A stretch of DNA of 64,000 nucleotides from the human T2T-CHM13v2.0 reference genome, Homo sapiens. Below, piece after piece: positions 41,581-54,579 of this stretch; position 1 is the first letter of the stretch, and the number at the start of each line of letters is the position of its first letter. A program made the position numbers and the translations under genes. The notes under the pieces were generated by a model. It was not told the origin of the DNA. It saw only the letters and a program-made list of their open reading frames with translations, and ran no database searches. The stretch is from assembly GCF_009914755.1 (NCBI RefSeq), contig NC_060935.1. One strand, 5' to 3'.

Positions 41581-44500
41581 CATCATTATTATCATCATCA
41601 CCATCATTATCATCTGGTCCCAGTAGGTATGAGCTGGGAGCAGAAATCATTTTTTACTGGTTAATCTATGACTTAGGTAATTTAAGTGTTTGTCACTAGC
41701 CTAGCCAGACTTAGTTCTGTTTCATCCTGAATCTTCACTTGTCCTTCCTGGAGCTATGAAAAATAAGCCACACATACTGCACCACCCTATTTGGCCTTGG
41801 GGATAGGATTAGACTAGTAGGAACACGTACACATTTCTATGATTTCTCCTGGATCTGAAACAGCTCCCTTAAGTCTCAGCCTTACTGAAGATCCTAAAGC
41901 TATAAAAAAGAAGCTATAAATAACCATAGAAATTTGTAGACAAATTTAGTTGGACCTAGACATCTGGAGTGGCTCTTCAAAGGTACTAACTATCCTACTT
42001 TTCTGTTTTAAAACTGTTGATGTGTAGGTCTCACGGGACAAAAAGACAAGTAACAAAGTTTTTGGCCTGCTTCACATCCTATGGAATCCCTTGGGAATTT
42101 TTTCTTCAAGGTTTACCCAGTATGTGAATCTGACCCCATGATATAACATTTGTGAACAGTTCTGTACAAACAAGGACTTGTTTCTCTCCCTCCCTCTGAT
42201 TCCCCGTGGAATTTTCAGGGATGAACAGTCTTTTCATCTTGAAATCAAGCAGGAATAAGTCCGTCTTGACTTCCCTCTTCACTGCCTTTCCTCCCCCACT
42301 CTTTTCAAAATCTTCATTTAAGGATCTGTGGAGTGAACAAGACAGATCTTGATTTGTTTGTGTTGTGTAAAAGTTGAAAGGAGCCAGGAAGAAAGAGTAC
42401 CATTTGCTAACCTCAGGAGACTTGGAAAATATATTTTAATCCGAGAAATTCATTCAAAGGCACATCTTTCTAGTATCTGTAAGATGAACTATTTTTAAAA
42501 ATCACAATTGCTCTTCCAAGAGCCTCCTTGAGATTTATTGGAAGAGCATTGAGAGTCAGTCTGGCAATGCAAATTAAGGGTCAGGGAACTGAGAACACCA
42601 ATGTGGTCCTCACTTTGCACAAATGATTTATAACTCAGATGATGACTTAAGGTATGACTTGAGTAATTTAGATACGACTGACTTGATTCCCCCATTCTGC
42701 GCTCTGTGAAAAGTTCAGTGCCTTTCCACAATTTCTGCAAATCCCCAGGGGACTTATACACTCATGATCACCTTTGAGCTGAACAATTTACACTCAATTT
42801 CAGTTCAGTTCATGAATCCTAAGCTGACCTCACTCTGAATCATGTATTCAACATAACTTCTTTCTCCAATTTTTTAACAAATCCACTCACATGGGCCTTT
42901 TTAAAGGTTTGTGAAGGCATAGAAATAAATATAAAGCAGCATAAGCAACTGAAATTTCCTTATCAGCTATATCTGCCCTTTAGAAAGTATTTTAGATACC
43001 CTCCAACTTGGACACTATCTTCCCACCATGCTGCTAGACCCTACCCTTTCCCCTCTCCTATCTTAGCTACTTCTATGGATGATTTATTGTGTGTTCTCTC
43101 TTTCTTTCTTTTTTCTTTGTTTCTTCTCCTTTTGATTGTCTCCTGCTAGTCTATGTTCACATGGACCACACTTTCAACCTCTCAACCCCAGTGATTTACT
43201 AAGGTATTTTCCTATATAAAAGCAGTTCTTTCCCAAAGAAAAGTACTAAATAAAGAAAGCCGCTAAGATAATAATTGTTTTGAAACCTTTACAAATATGT
43301 TTGGAAAGGTATGATAGTTCACTGAAAAGTGACTCCAATCTTTAATTAATTCATGGAAAGCTCACTCTTTCAAGGACTGACATGTTGAATCTGCAAGCAA
43401 TATGAAACATTCTTATTTTGGCTTTCCAAACCATTTGAATAAAATAACTCTGAATTGTTCTTCTTTCTACTTGGCACCAAGATGGATAGAAAAGGCTCTG
43501 TGAGATTTCTTTCCATAGTGAGAAGGATTATGGCCAAGCTATTTATTAGCCTCAAAAGGAAGATGCATACCACGTGCTTTTAAGCTGCATGCTGCTGTCC
43601 ACCGGTGTCTAGGTCTTGTTCCCACATGGAATGCATACATAAATGTTCATATTCATCACACATCAGAAGAATCCCTTTTTGTATGCATGGGGGGAGAAGG
43701 AGACACTTACATTGGCATAATTTAGAAACATGGAGGAAGAGCCCTTCTTTTCCCAAAATAACCTCTCCAGCTTTGTTCTGACTCCTACTATTCCTTTAAT
43801 ACCAGATAAAGTCCTCTAGTCTGCAATTTGTTATAGAGCTTAAAATGCAAACCAAGAGTGGGGGAGCCTGGGTAGCGTATATTCATACAAAGATGTGAAT
43901 TAATATCAGATCTTTTTTCTTAAGAGCTATTTTTTTAATAGGGAAAAGAAACCCCAAGATCCTTGAAGTAAGAGGAACTTTAAAAGGAGAAATAATGTTT
44001 ATTGACCACCTGCTTTATGCCATGTAATGTTCTGGGATTTTGCCTATGGAGTATATCTTTTATAACTCCAAAAACACTCTGAAGGATATGAAAGATTGCC
44101 TTTTGTACTGAGCTACATCTGCCCAACTCTTAGTCATCCTAACCCATTTCCTAACCATAATGCATAATTCGACAAACATCTATAGACACTCCTCCCCCTT
44201 ACACATGCACATAAACACAAGTATGTGCAGAGCATCTGGTATGGATCAGTAGGAACGTAAAAGCAGCATTACCCAACATATACTTACCCTAGTTTCCACT
44301 TGTCTCTATTTAGACACATGCAAAAAAGAGCCACTCTTTTATACCTGAGAAGGAGAAAGGAACTTTATATTTATGGTTGAGTCAGGGATGGCAGGGGAGA
44401 GAAAGAAAGCAGAGTATGAAGGGGATAGAATTGTGCCTATTCTTCCTCTGTCCAAGACAGAGCCAGATAGTGTTTGTGTGTGTGCGCGCGTGTGTGTTTA

Positions 44501-45238
44501 CATGCATGTATGTGTGTTTTCAATATATGAACGAGGGTGGATAATGCTGGTCAGCTTAAAAGCACGTGTTGAACTCAGCCATTAGACCCTAATAATGGCT
44601 TGACCAAAAACCTCCTTTCTAGGGAAAGAAATCTCACAGAGCCTTTTCCTTCGATTCTTATGCCATGTAGCAATAAAGAAAAATCCGTAGTTCTATTGTT
44701 AAAATAGTCTAGAAAAAAATTAAGTAAGGAGTAATTATTCACAGGCTCAGCATAGCAGCCCTCTCAAAAAGGAATTTTCTCTGGCTCACTTTGGGGGTTT
44801 TTGAACTTCATGTGGAGAGCAGTCAGAAAAGCAGCTGATTTAACTGTTCAAGAGAAATTTCATCATGCAGCTGAATTCAAGCACAGCTGTTGCTGGGCCT
44901 GAGTGACACATTGTGACAAAGAGTAGTATGCTCCATCCCCACCCCCATATCACTACCTCAGGCCCCAGGTACAATTAACTCCAGAAACACTCCAGCACCT
45001 GGAGGATCAGGAGGTTTGGGAGAGTGTAAAGGAAGTAGTCCAGATGTGGACATTGGCATTCTCAAGACGGGCTATGAGTGTGGAAAGCCTTTTTCCTCCT
45101 GCTTTGCAAACAGCCAATGGGGGACAGAAGGGAACTGGGGCCAAAGAGAAAGGACTGAGCTGATACCACCTGGTAACTACAGCTAACAGACCCTTATAAG
45201 GAAAATTGCAGGAAGCTCCTTCAGGGACTCTTCAGATA

Positions 45239-45815
45239 CAGTAAGTCTCACTTCATGTCATTCACAGCCTCCTGGAAACTGTAACTTTAAGAAAGACAAC
45301 ATGTAACAAAACCCATTGTATCATAAGCTAATTGATAAAAGGAAGAGTTAATTCCTATGACATAGTTTTGGTCACAAAAACATCACTGGACTTCTAAGTA
45401 AAGACCAAAATACTTCTAATATTAAACATTGAAATAAATGTGAATTATATATACATTTAAGAAAGATTGATAAAACAAGTGAGACAATTATTTACCCAAT
45501 TTTTCCAGTTCAGAGTAGCAGGTGACTGGAGCCTATCCAGCAGCTCAGGGTGCAAGACGGGAACCAACTCAGACAGGATGCCATTCCATCACAGGGCACA
45601 TTCACATACACACTCACACTCATTCACACTGAGACCATTCAGACACACCAGGTGAACCTGATGTGCACAGCTTTGGGATGTAGGAGGAAACTGGAGTACT
45701 CAGAGAAAATTCAGGCAGACATGGGGAGAATGTGGGAACCTGTAAACTCCACACAGACAGTGGCGCCAACCAGGAATTGATTTTTTTTCTCATCAACGTT
45801 ATAACAAAACATCGG
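45239..45815. mobile_element. MER6/MER6A Tigger-family element with embedded V-SINE-like segment
   Basis: TA|cagtaagtctcactt...ggaaactgtaactttaag; internal ggatgtaggaggaaactggagtactcagagaaaattcaggcagacatggggagaatg...aaactccacacagacagtgg. Confidence 0.88.
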
Positions 45816-46589
45816 TCATGGGAGACGTTAAGGCCCCTACCAGGCCCAAGGTAATAATCAGAGAGATTTAGGTGCCCTCCCATATCTTTTGTTGCCTGTA
45901 CTCCAACTTCAAAAGCTCCCTCAACCTCAGCGTGCCTGGAGCTAGACTCTTTTTGTTGGTCATCAGGACAATTAAGAGAGGAGTGACCTCAGGCATACAG
46001 ACCTCTGGAGCTCTTGGTGCTGCCACATGGCAAGCTTCCATATCCCTGTGCCTTGCAAAGCATCCATGAAACAGCTCTTCCTGAGTATCTGAATACCTGA
46101 CACTCCCTCATAACCCGCACCCCACAGAACTCAGAAAGGAGCCATGAGGACTGGCCCAGGAGATAAATCCTATGAGAAATATCACCTTCTTCTTAGAATT
46201 ATCCCTCTTCTCTGCCTCTAGTGCCTTAGAGTCCATTTGTCAGTCTGACTTTTCCCTTGGCCTAAGTTCTCTCATAGTCTTTCATGCAAATAGATTGTTG
46301 GCAGAGTCATCCATCCAACCTGCCAAATATACTCTGACATGTCTTAATCTCACCAGACACAATTTAGGTCAAGGTTAAGAAGACTAGTAAGATTAGATAG
46401 AACCTCACTAGTATCAAAAGACATGGCTGACAGTTTCAAAGTCTCTGGCCACATTGCTTTCTCCCTAATTACCTGAGGACCCTCATTCAAAGTATCCATG
46501 TTTGCAGAGTGTTCTTGAGATGGGGATGCAGCTTGTGTTTCCCTGCATCTGTTCTTTCATACAGGACATAATTGTTAAAATAGTGATAC

Positions 46590-47625
46590 AACCAATAGAA
46601 ACAATGACCTATGGTAGCAGCAAGATAGAACCAATTTATTCCAACTTAGAGAACAAGGTAAGATTTTACAGAAGCGGTAAATGTGCAGTTAGGCCTTTTA
46701 AACATGGGCAGAATATCAACAGGTGAATGAAGCAGTAAAGGCATTCATTATTTCACCCATTCTACCAACATTCATTAAGATTCCATTATGTGTCTAGGCA
46801 CCAAGGTGTTCTAGGCACCAAGGACATGTGTGAATAGGACATCATTCCTGCCTTCAAAGGGCATGCAGTACATTCATCTTGGGCTGAAGATACAATGTAA
46901 GCAAAGGCACAGAGTTCCAGAGGTATGTGGCAAGTTCAGTGAACAATATGGCTAAGACCTAGGGTCCACTGTGTATGAAGGCAAGTAGGAAAGTACCAGG
47001 GAATATGAGGCAGGGAAAAAGTCTGGGGACAGAATACAGAGGATTTTAATATGGCAGTAATAAGTTGAAAGTTCATTATGTGGGCTATAATAAGTCATTA
47101 ATAGTTTGGAGTTGAAAAAGGGCATGGTCAATTTCTATTTTAGTATAAAGCATTCCATTGGCCTCCTATTGCCTAAAAAATGTCAATGGCTTCACATTAC
47201 TCATGGGTTTAAGACCAAAATCCTTAGACGGATTCAAAGGACTTGCAATGTCTCCCTTTCCTTGCTGCATGTGGACTTCAGTGATCTTGTATTATCACAC
47301 CATGCCACTCCCCACCACAGGGCCTTTGCACAGTTTGTTTCATTTTTCAGTGAACCCGTTCCCCTTTACTTAATTAGCTTCTTCTCCTTCAGATCTCAGC
47401 TAAGTATTTCTTTGAGAAAGCTTTTCGTGACCTCTACCGTTAGTCCTTACTAGGTCTAATCCCTTAGTATATACACATAATAGATTTGTGATCTTTTGTT
47501 ACTCTCTATGTCCTTCAGTAGGCTATAATCAATGGCAGAGACTCTGTTTTGTTCATTATTTTCTCTCCAGCGCCTACTACGGTGCCTGGCATATTGTAGA
47601 CATGCAATAAATATTTGTTAAAAGG
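46590..47625. mobile_element. Cluster of L2 fragments in both orientations
   Basis: caacattcattaagattccattatgtgtctaggcac (antisense 3' end); gtgcctggcatattgtagacatgcaataaatatttgtt (sense 3' end). Confidence 0.7.
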
Positions 47626-49044
47626 AAAGGAAAATAGAAAATCTTTTTAAAATAACATTGTAAAAAATGGTTGTGGGTGAGGGGTTTGGCTGTAAGCGTT
47701 GCAATCACAGAAGAGGCTTCACCCACTGACTTCATAGTCAGGCATGCAGTTGTAAATTAATAATAAACTCTCCATGTGGCAGCCATGGAATCATCAGAGT
47801 GTTAAGTCTTTCTCTAGCAGCTGATTAGGCTGAATTCATGGGCTGATTAATCTGTCTCTCCAAGAATCATCTCAGTCCAACGCCTGGGTACGAAAAGGCC
47901 CTATTGTTTTCCGTTGGTTAATTAAGTGCAATGGCCGGTCACAGATCAGAAAAGCGAAGGTATCATATTGAGTGAGAATGTGCAGAGAGTGGAAATGCAG
48001 TGTATTTTAACTGTGTGTGAATAAAGGGGTTAACATTAAAATTACAGAAAAGAGACAGCCCTAGGAAAATTGCTTTATCACAACTGTCTCTGAAATTGTG
48101 AAGGGTTAGAATAAGTGGGATGATGAATCTGTGCTTCTCCCTTCCCGCTGATGACTGCATGAGAGGAAATGGGCTCAATCTTCAGGGAGAGAAATTTGAG
48201 CAAATTATTTCTCAACAAATTTCCAGAGGAAGTGTGTAAAGTCTTTGTCTCTGGATAAAGAATAAAGGAAAACTGGTAACTATCACTGCTCTGCTGATGA
48301 GCATTGTCCTGCCTTAGAATGGTGTGGGTGGTGAGGAAGGTACACACCGTTCCCCTAACCAACACTTCCAATATTAGGATTTTGTTGCCATGCAGGGTTC
48401 TGAAGCCATAGAATGACGGCTCTGCATGACGTTTCTTGTTTTAATCTGGTAATGCTTTGCAAACCCCATGAATCATCAAATATGCCATGCTTGAGAGATT
48501 TTGACAAGTTTTATGAGTCCACCTAGTGCTATTTATTTTTGTTCTCTTTCATTCCTTCTCTGTGGGGAGGAGCACTTTCAAGGGCATCCTTCACAGAATT
48601 GGCCAGATGCCATGGTGGCAAATCTAAGTTCTATCATCCTGAGGCAAGAAGTAGCACGTTTTGCTCTTGCCAACTCCTTGGTATGGCATTAACATGACGG
48701 ATGGAGCCAGCTATTTGCACAACCAGTAACCAGGGCAGATTCTAGGAACTGGGGGTGAGAAGATAAGACACTCCTTTTAAACATAAATATCCCGGGAGGG
48801 GTGTTCCAGATCCATGTGTTTGTTGGGGATCTACCTGTTACAGTTTTACGATTCACCCACAGGCTCTATTCAAAATATTTCCAGCATGGCACAGTGCCTG
48901 AATTATCTTCCATGATAATTCCTTCTTTGGGGCCTGGCATTGAAGGAACTGCGAATAGGCAAAATCACTATATGGAAGTAGTAGCAAAATAGTGCTATGA
49001 GTTTTATCATTTAAGTATTAGTTTAATTGGCTTAATTATCTAAG

Positions 49045-49120
49045 TCTGTATTGTCCAATTGAGTGGTCACCAACCACATGTAGCTACTGTGCACCTGAAA
49101 TGTGACTAGTGACTAAATCA
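49045..49120. mobile_element. MER3/MER33-like hAT fragment
   Basis: tgtccaattgagtggtcaccaaccacatgtagctactgtgcacctgaaatgtgactagtg. Confidence 0.6.
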
Positions 49121-50029
49121 TCACCGTCTCTTTCATTTTAATTTCATGAGATTTTGATTAATACTAAATCCCAAAACAGAGTGGGGAATCTATGGTCCGT
49201 AAGTTTGAGAAATTAGGTATTTTTTAAAAATTAACATCATTCTATATTGCGCAATTTTTAACATGCCAATGTTCAATTTGTCTTTCTCAGAAGGGGATGT
49301 CATAGGCAATTTAACAATGATACCTAACCACGGAATAAATTTTGTTGTTTCCATAGGATATCTTGAGGAATACCATTTGGGAAATAACTCTCCACTTGGA
49401 AAGGACCAGGAAACAATAGTCAGGCAGAGAGCACCGAGATCTATGCCTTTACTGAGAGAAGATGTGTCTCAAAAGCAGAGCCCTGGGCTGTGAGCTGCAG
49501 GGAGTTAGGACTCAGCTTCCTTGCTATGTACCTGTTCGTGTGGTTTTGAGGAACTTTGACATCCCACCAACTTCACCTATCACGTTCATCCCAGCCTAAC
49601 CTTAGTGTCACTTTTCCTCTTCCAAGGGATGAGTGGGTTTGACCAGCTGAGCTATATGATGTTTTCCAGGTTTAAAATTCTATGGTTCATTCATTCTGAT
49701 GCAAATCTTTGAAATTTCCTACTTTTTTTTTTAACACTTTCAACCCCTAATTGGATAGTGTCTAAGTAAGTCAGAATATATGCCAAGGTGGATCACAGAA
49801 ATGTTTTTCTCCTTTGAATACCTCCTAAATTTAAGGGAGGAAAGCAGACCATGAGGAAAAGCATACAATCCTGGGGGAACCAAATATACCACCTTGGTTT
49901 GTGAGACCAAACCAGAAAGGAGAATGTAGAAACTTGAAGAAAAGATAAAGCCATTACTTGTAAGGAAGCAAAGTGGTCTGCAGGGACTTTAGATGATAGA
50001 GTTTATCTCGATGATAATTTCTAATTCAC

Positions 50030-50930
50030 TGATAGACCAGGAGCAGAGAGTGGCTGGTGAGGTATCTATGTGTAATTGAAAGTGGCATGATTAGAATCAG
50101 AGGTACCAATCGTCGACCATAGCAATTATCCAACTGAGAGGTGTTGGCCAAGGAGCATGTTTAAGTCTTTGGCTTGGACAACCAGGAAGATGGAGATGGG
50201 AGGTATTCATTCCAGGAAAGAGAAAGTAATGAAGACTGAGCAGGCCTAGATAATAGTAGCTTCAAGTTAGGACATGTGGACTTTGAGATGGCTGGGACAC
50301 TGTCCAAGTGGTGATGCATAGTAGGAAATTAGGGATCTAGATCTGGATGTTAACAAAGAGGACTTACCAAGAGATAGTCGATATTAGAAGGGAAACAGCT
50401 CACTGAAGAGGCAGTGTAGGGTAATGGTTAAGAGAGGGACTTTAGGAACTCTAACACTTCCTTGCTGTGTAACTTTGACCAAGTTACTCTACTTCTTTAC
50501 GCCTCAGCTTCATCATCTATAAAATAACTGTTTAGTTTTTACCCAACAGAGTCATTGTGATGATTAAATAATGTAGAACATGTAAAAGAATGCATGGCAT
50601 TCCTAATAAACATTATCGTTACTATTTTCTCCTTTTCGAAGATAAGGAAAATAAAGCTAAGAGTGGGTATATAATTGGCTGACTGTGACACAACTACTAA
50701 GTGGCAGTGTTGAGATTCAAGTCCAGTTCTTCCTGAGACATATCCAATGTCCTTTCCACTATATCACTGCAGCCAAACCCTTCAACCATTCAATGCATCA
50801 CTCCTCATTTGTGAAGTGGGAACATAACCATATGTACTTTATAGGGTTAATATAATATTTATAAAGCATTTAGAACAATGTTTGGGACATTTTATGTGCT
50901 GTCGAGTGTTGCTATTATTAGTAGTAAGTA
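50030..50930. mobile_element. L2 fragment followed by several MIRs
   Basis: L2: ggacatgtggactttgagatg...ccaagtggtgatgc; MIR cores at about 50410-50620, 50630-50760 and 50790-50920. Confidence 0.65.
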
Positions 50931-51259
50931 ATAGCAATAATAAACACTAAAAACATTTTTCCTACACTCTGCTGTCTGGTAAAATAAAAGTGCCTCCATT
51001 TTAAACTAACTCAAGCAAGATATATTTGGGCTAGAATGGGGTAGGTTGAAGGAATCAGCAGGGGTGGGTCCGGTGTTCCCTTTGCATCAGGAAAAGATGA
51101 ATCCTAGGAACATTGTGAAGGAGCTGAGTGGCGCCGGCAAGGCCCAATTCTTTGGTCTGAATACATGGGCTTGGGAGGGGGTGGGTAAAGTAGAAAGAAT
51201 TCAAATCTGCACATCTCCAGTGACAGTTGCCACATTTGGGATCAACTGAAACACACTTT

Positions 51260-51344
51260 CATCCAAGTACTAACCAGGACCAACCCTACTTAGCTCCGGA
51301 GATCAGACGAGATCGGGTGCTTTCAGGGTGGTATGGCAGTAGAC
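51260..51344 (-). pseudogene. 5S rRNA retropseudogene (nt 1 to about 85), 3'-truncated, tailless
   Basis: Reverse complement GTCTACTGCCATACCACCCTGAAAGCACCCGATCTCGTCTGATCTCCGGAGCTAAGTAGGGTTGGTCCTGGTTAGTACTTGGATG; perfect TSD ctgaaacacactttca at 51246-51261 and 51345-51360. Confidence 0.96.
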
Positions 51345-52443
51345 CTGAAACACACTTTCAAAAGGAATAAATACCTCTAAAAAAATAAGGCTTGGAAGAT
51401 AGGCATATGGAAAAATGAGGCCAGGGATACAGAAAAAGTACAAGTCAAAATAAATCTGACTCCTGACTTCCTGCTCTCTGATCTGCTCATGTAGCTTCAA
51501 GATTTGTTTATGATTGTTTGCGTAGTTGAGAATCTCTGGGGTTTTTTGATTGTTTTTCATTACAAAATTCAACACAGCGGGATACAAGTTTTATGCTTCT
51601 ATTCCCATTTTATCAGGAAAGAACAGAGTGAAAACTTTTTAATCTCCACCCGCCCCCACTATCAACATCGCTGAGATGATTTAATGCCTCATAACAGAAG
51701 TAATTTTGTGATAATGACACAAAGGCAGCAATTAAAAAATATTGTTTGTTTCGGGGCCTATAAATTGGCTGTTGGTAATTGACAACAGAATGTGTTTTCT
51801 AATCCTCTGAAATGATATCTTATTGCAAGCTGGCATGGTAATTACTGTATTTGTACAGTACCAGAGGAGTTCCAGCCTGAGTTTGACAGGGAGTTGATTA
51901 AATCACCCAGGTGTAATTGAAGGTTTTGATTGCATTGCCTCTAAGCTGATCAGCATTAGTAATAGCCTGGCTTTCTGCTGTCATGTGTTTTTAGAGCTGG
52001 TGGTATATCAGCCCTTTCAATCTCCCTCCCAGCTCTCAGCCTCTGTTGTGCCAATGTCAAGAGAGAGCCAAGAGAGCTTCTCAGCACAGAAAAAATGAGA
52101 ACAGACAGCAGATCCCTGGTGCTGGACCTGAATGACATCATTTGAAACAAAAAAGAAACCTGTTTCTAACTGCCTGCTTTGTTTCTTTAGATGGAGAGGA
52201 CAGGGACTATGGTGGTCACAAGATGTGGCTTGCACATGGCCTAGTCAGTGCAACATAAGGACGTATGTCATGTAACGCAAGAAAAGGGCTTCTGCTCATA
52301 ATTTGCTCCTTTGGTGATTTCAAATTTTTAAAGGATCACTTCTCAAGAAGGAGAATTGAATTTGTCAATCTTAAATGCAACATTTTAGTCAGTTATCAAG
52401 AGAGATATCCTGACTCTATGCTATGAAGAACCTTTGATTTTTT

Positions 52444-52527
52444 TGGTATTATTCCATTTACTTACGTGGTATTTTTCCATTAACTTACGTGGTTGGTATT
52501 ATTCCATTTACTTACATGGTATTTTTT
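52444..52527. repeat. 23-bp tandem repeat, about 3.5 copies
   Basis: tggtattattccatttacttacg / tggtatttttccattaacttacg / tggt / tggtattattccatttacttaca / tggtatttttt. Confidence 0.9.
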
Positions 52528-53969
52528 GAGTGATGTTTCAGAAAGCACTTTGCAAAGGAGAAGGACAGATAAGATACATTAATAAACTCCAATACAAAGC
52601 TGAACATGATAAAGCCCTTACAAACAGTATAAACTAATTGAGATAGAAGAAGTACAGAAAATATTCGTGTCTTACAAATTTACTGGCCATCAGCTAAGAT
52701 TATCTATGATAAGAAGGTGAATAAGGTTTTTTCCCCTTTAAGATTTTATAGTCTGATCAAGAAAACAAAAGTTACAAGAATAAAATGATAACAGCTATTA
52801 TTTTTTACTTTTTGTGGATTATTTCTCAGTTTTCATAAGAACCTCTGTGGTAGATGCAACTTTTATTTTCATTTCACAGATAAATAAAATGGATTAAATA
52901 GCAGAGAAATTAAATAATATCTCCAAAGCAGAATTGGAAACTGGTAAATTTGCAATTTGAGTCAAGGTCTTTTATAATAACCTGGCAAAATAATCATTAT
53001 TCCCATTTACAAATAAGAAAATGGGGGCAGGAGAGATTAAGCAAATTGCCCAAGTTCAGCCATTAAAAAGCAGTCAAGCATAACCATAATCCAAAGCAGA
53101 GATAAATAGATGATTTAGCATATCCAAGAAATGTGCTATGTGAGCACCAAGAAAGGAGGAAATAATTCAAATTGTGGTTAATCAAGGCAGCCTTCATAAA
53201 GGGTTCAGCTTTTGAGTTGAGATGTGAGAATGACAGATTGAGAGATCAAGAGGTTAAAAAGGTTTCTTGACATTGGGGAGGGCAAATACTAACGAAGCAG
53301 GGTTCTTTGCTACCTGTCATCATCAAATTCAATAGAAAAGTTGGACAAAAAGAAGAGAAATTAAAAAAAAAATTTCTGGCACAGTTGGGAATTTCAGAAT
53401 CTCTGTGGAACTGCTTTTCCCACTCCCACCCCTCCCCTCCTGTTAGTGTAAAACACTGAGCACTGGTTACAGAATCTAGATCTCTTCCTTCCATTTATTA
53501 TCTTGGGTAAATAGTCTCCAAGCCAGCTCCAGCCCTGTTTTCTGGAATGGGTTAAAGCTTGAAAGAATATCCTTTTTTCAGAATTCTGTACTTTTTTTAG
53601 CTTCGAGAGGAAAACGGAACCCGGGATCAAAGGGCTACACATGCTCAAGTGCGCACTCAGACCTGGAAGACATTGGGTCACTTCTGGGGAAGGTTAGAAG
53701 AATGTAATGGGAGTACGTTGGCACTTGGAGGTTCCAGGTAGACATTCCAGTATGTCTGAATGTTGCTTCTGATGTGAACACTAGAGGGGTGAAGGTTTGG
53801 GAAGAGTCCTCCTTACTAGGATGACATCTGTGGGTAGATCTGGCTCTAGTCAGCCTTTAGAAGCCAGCATTCATTATCTGAATTTGTTTTCTCAGCGTCT
53901 CTGCTGGTGGGACTCAGCTTCCTCTCCTTTCTAGCTGCATGTCAGGGTACCACCATATGTTCACCCCTC

Positions 53970-54140
53970 TGCAGTGCCATGCCATGCCATTGGAATGTAA
54001 GGCAAAAGGAAACATCTGTAGTACTGATCATACCTTTACTTATGTTCGTCATAGAGTATTAATTTAGATTTTGATTTAAGGTGCCCCTTTATATTTTGTG
54101 CCCAAAGCTAGTGCCTCTCTTGCTTTACCCTAGTTCCCAC
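53970..54140. mobile_element. MER96-like hAT element, degenerate
   Basis: aaggtgcccctttatattttgtgcccaaagctagtgcctctcttgctttaccctagttcc. Confidence 0.45.
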
Positions 54141-54247
54141 TGACCCCTTCTACAAAGGACTGAAGAATGACTTGGTCCACATTAGCACAGAAAATGGCAA
54201 GATTCCAAAATGTTCTTGGACTAGCCTTTACCAGATATTTTGCATAG

Positions 54248-54579
<332 letters not shown>

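Noticed and set aside
46793-46823. tctaggcaccaagg direct repeat (similar: ctttgatgagttca pair near 23412-23442)
   Set aside because: Simple 17-bp-period tandem slippage inside old repeats, with no insert or tail
52444-52527. 23-bp repeats superficially like a CRISPR array
   Set aside because: Head-to-tail with no unique spacers, no cas genes, primate context
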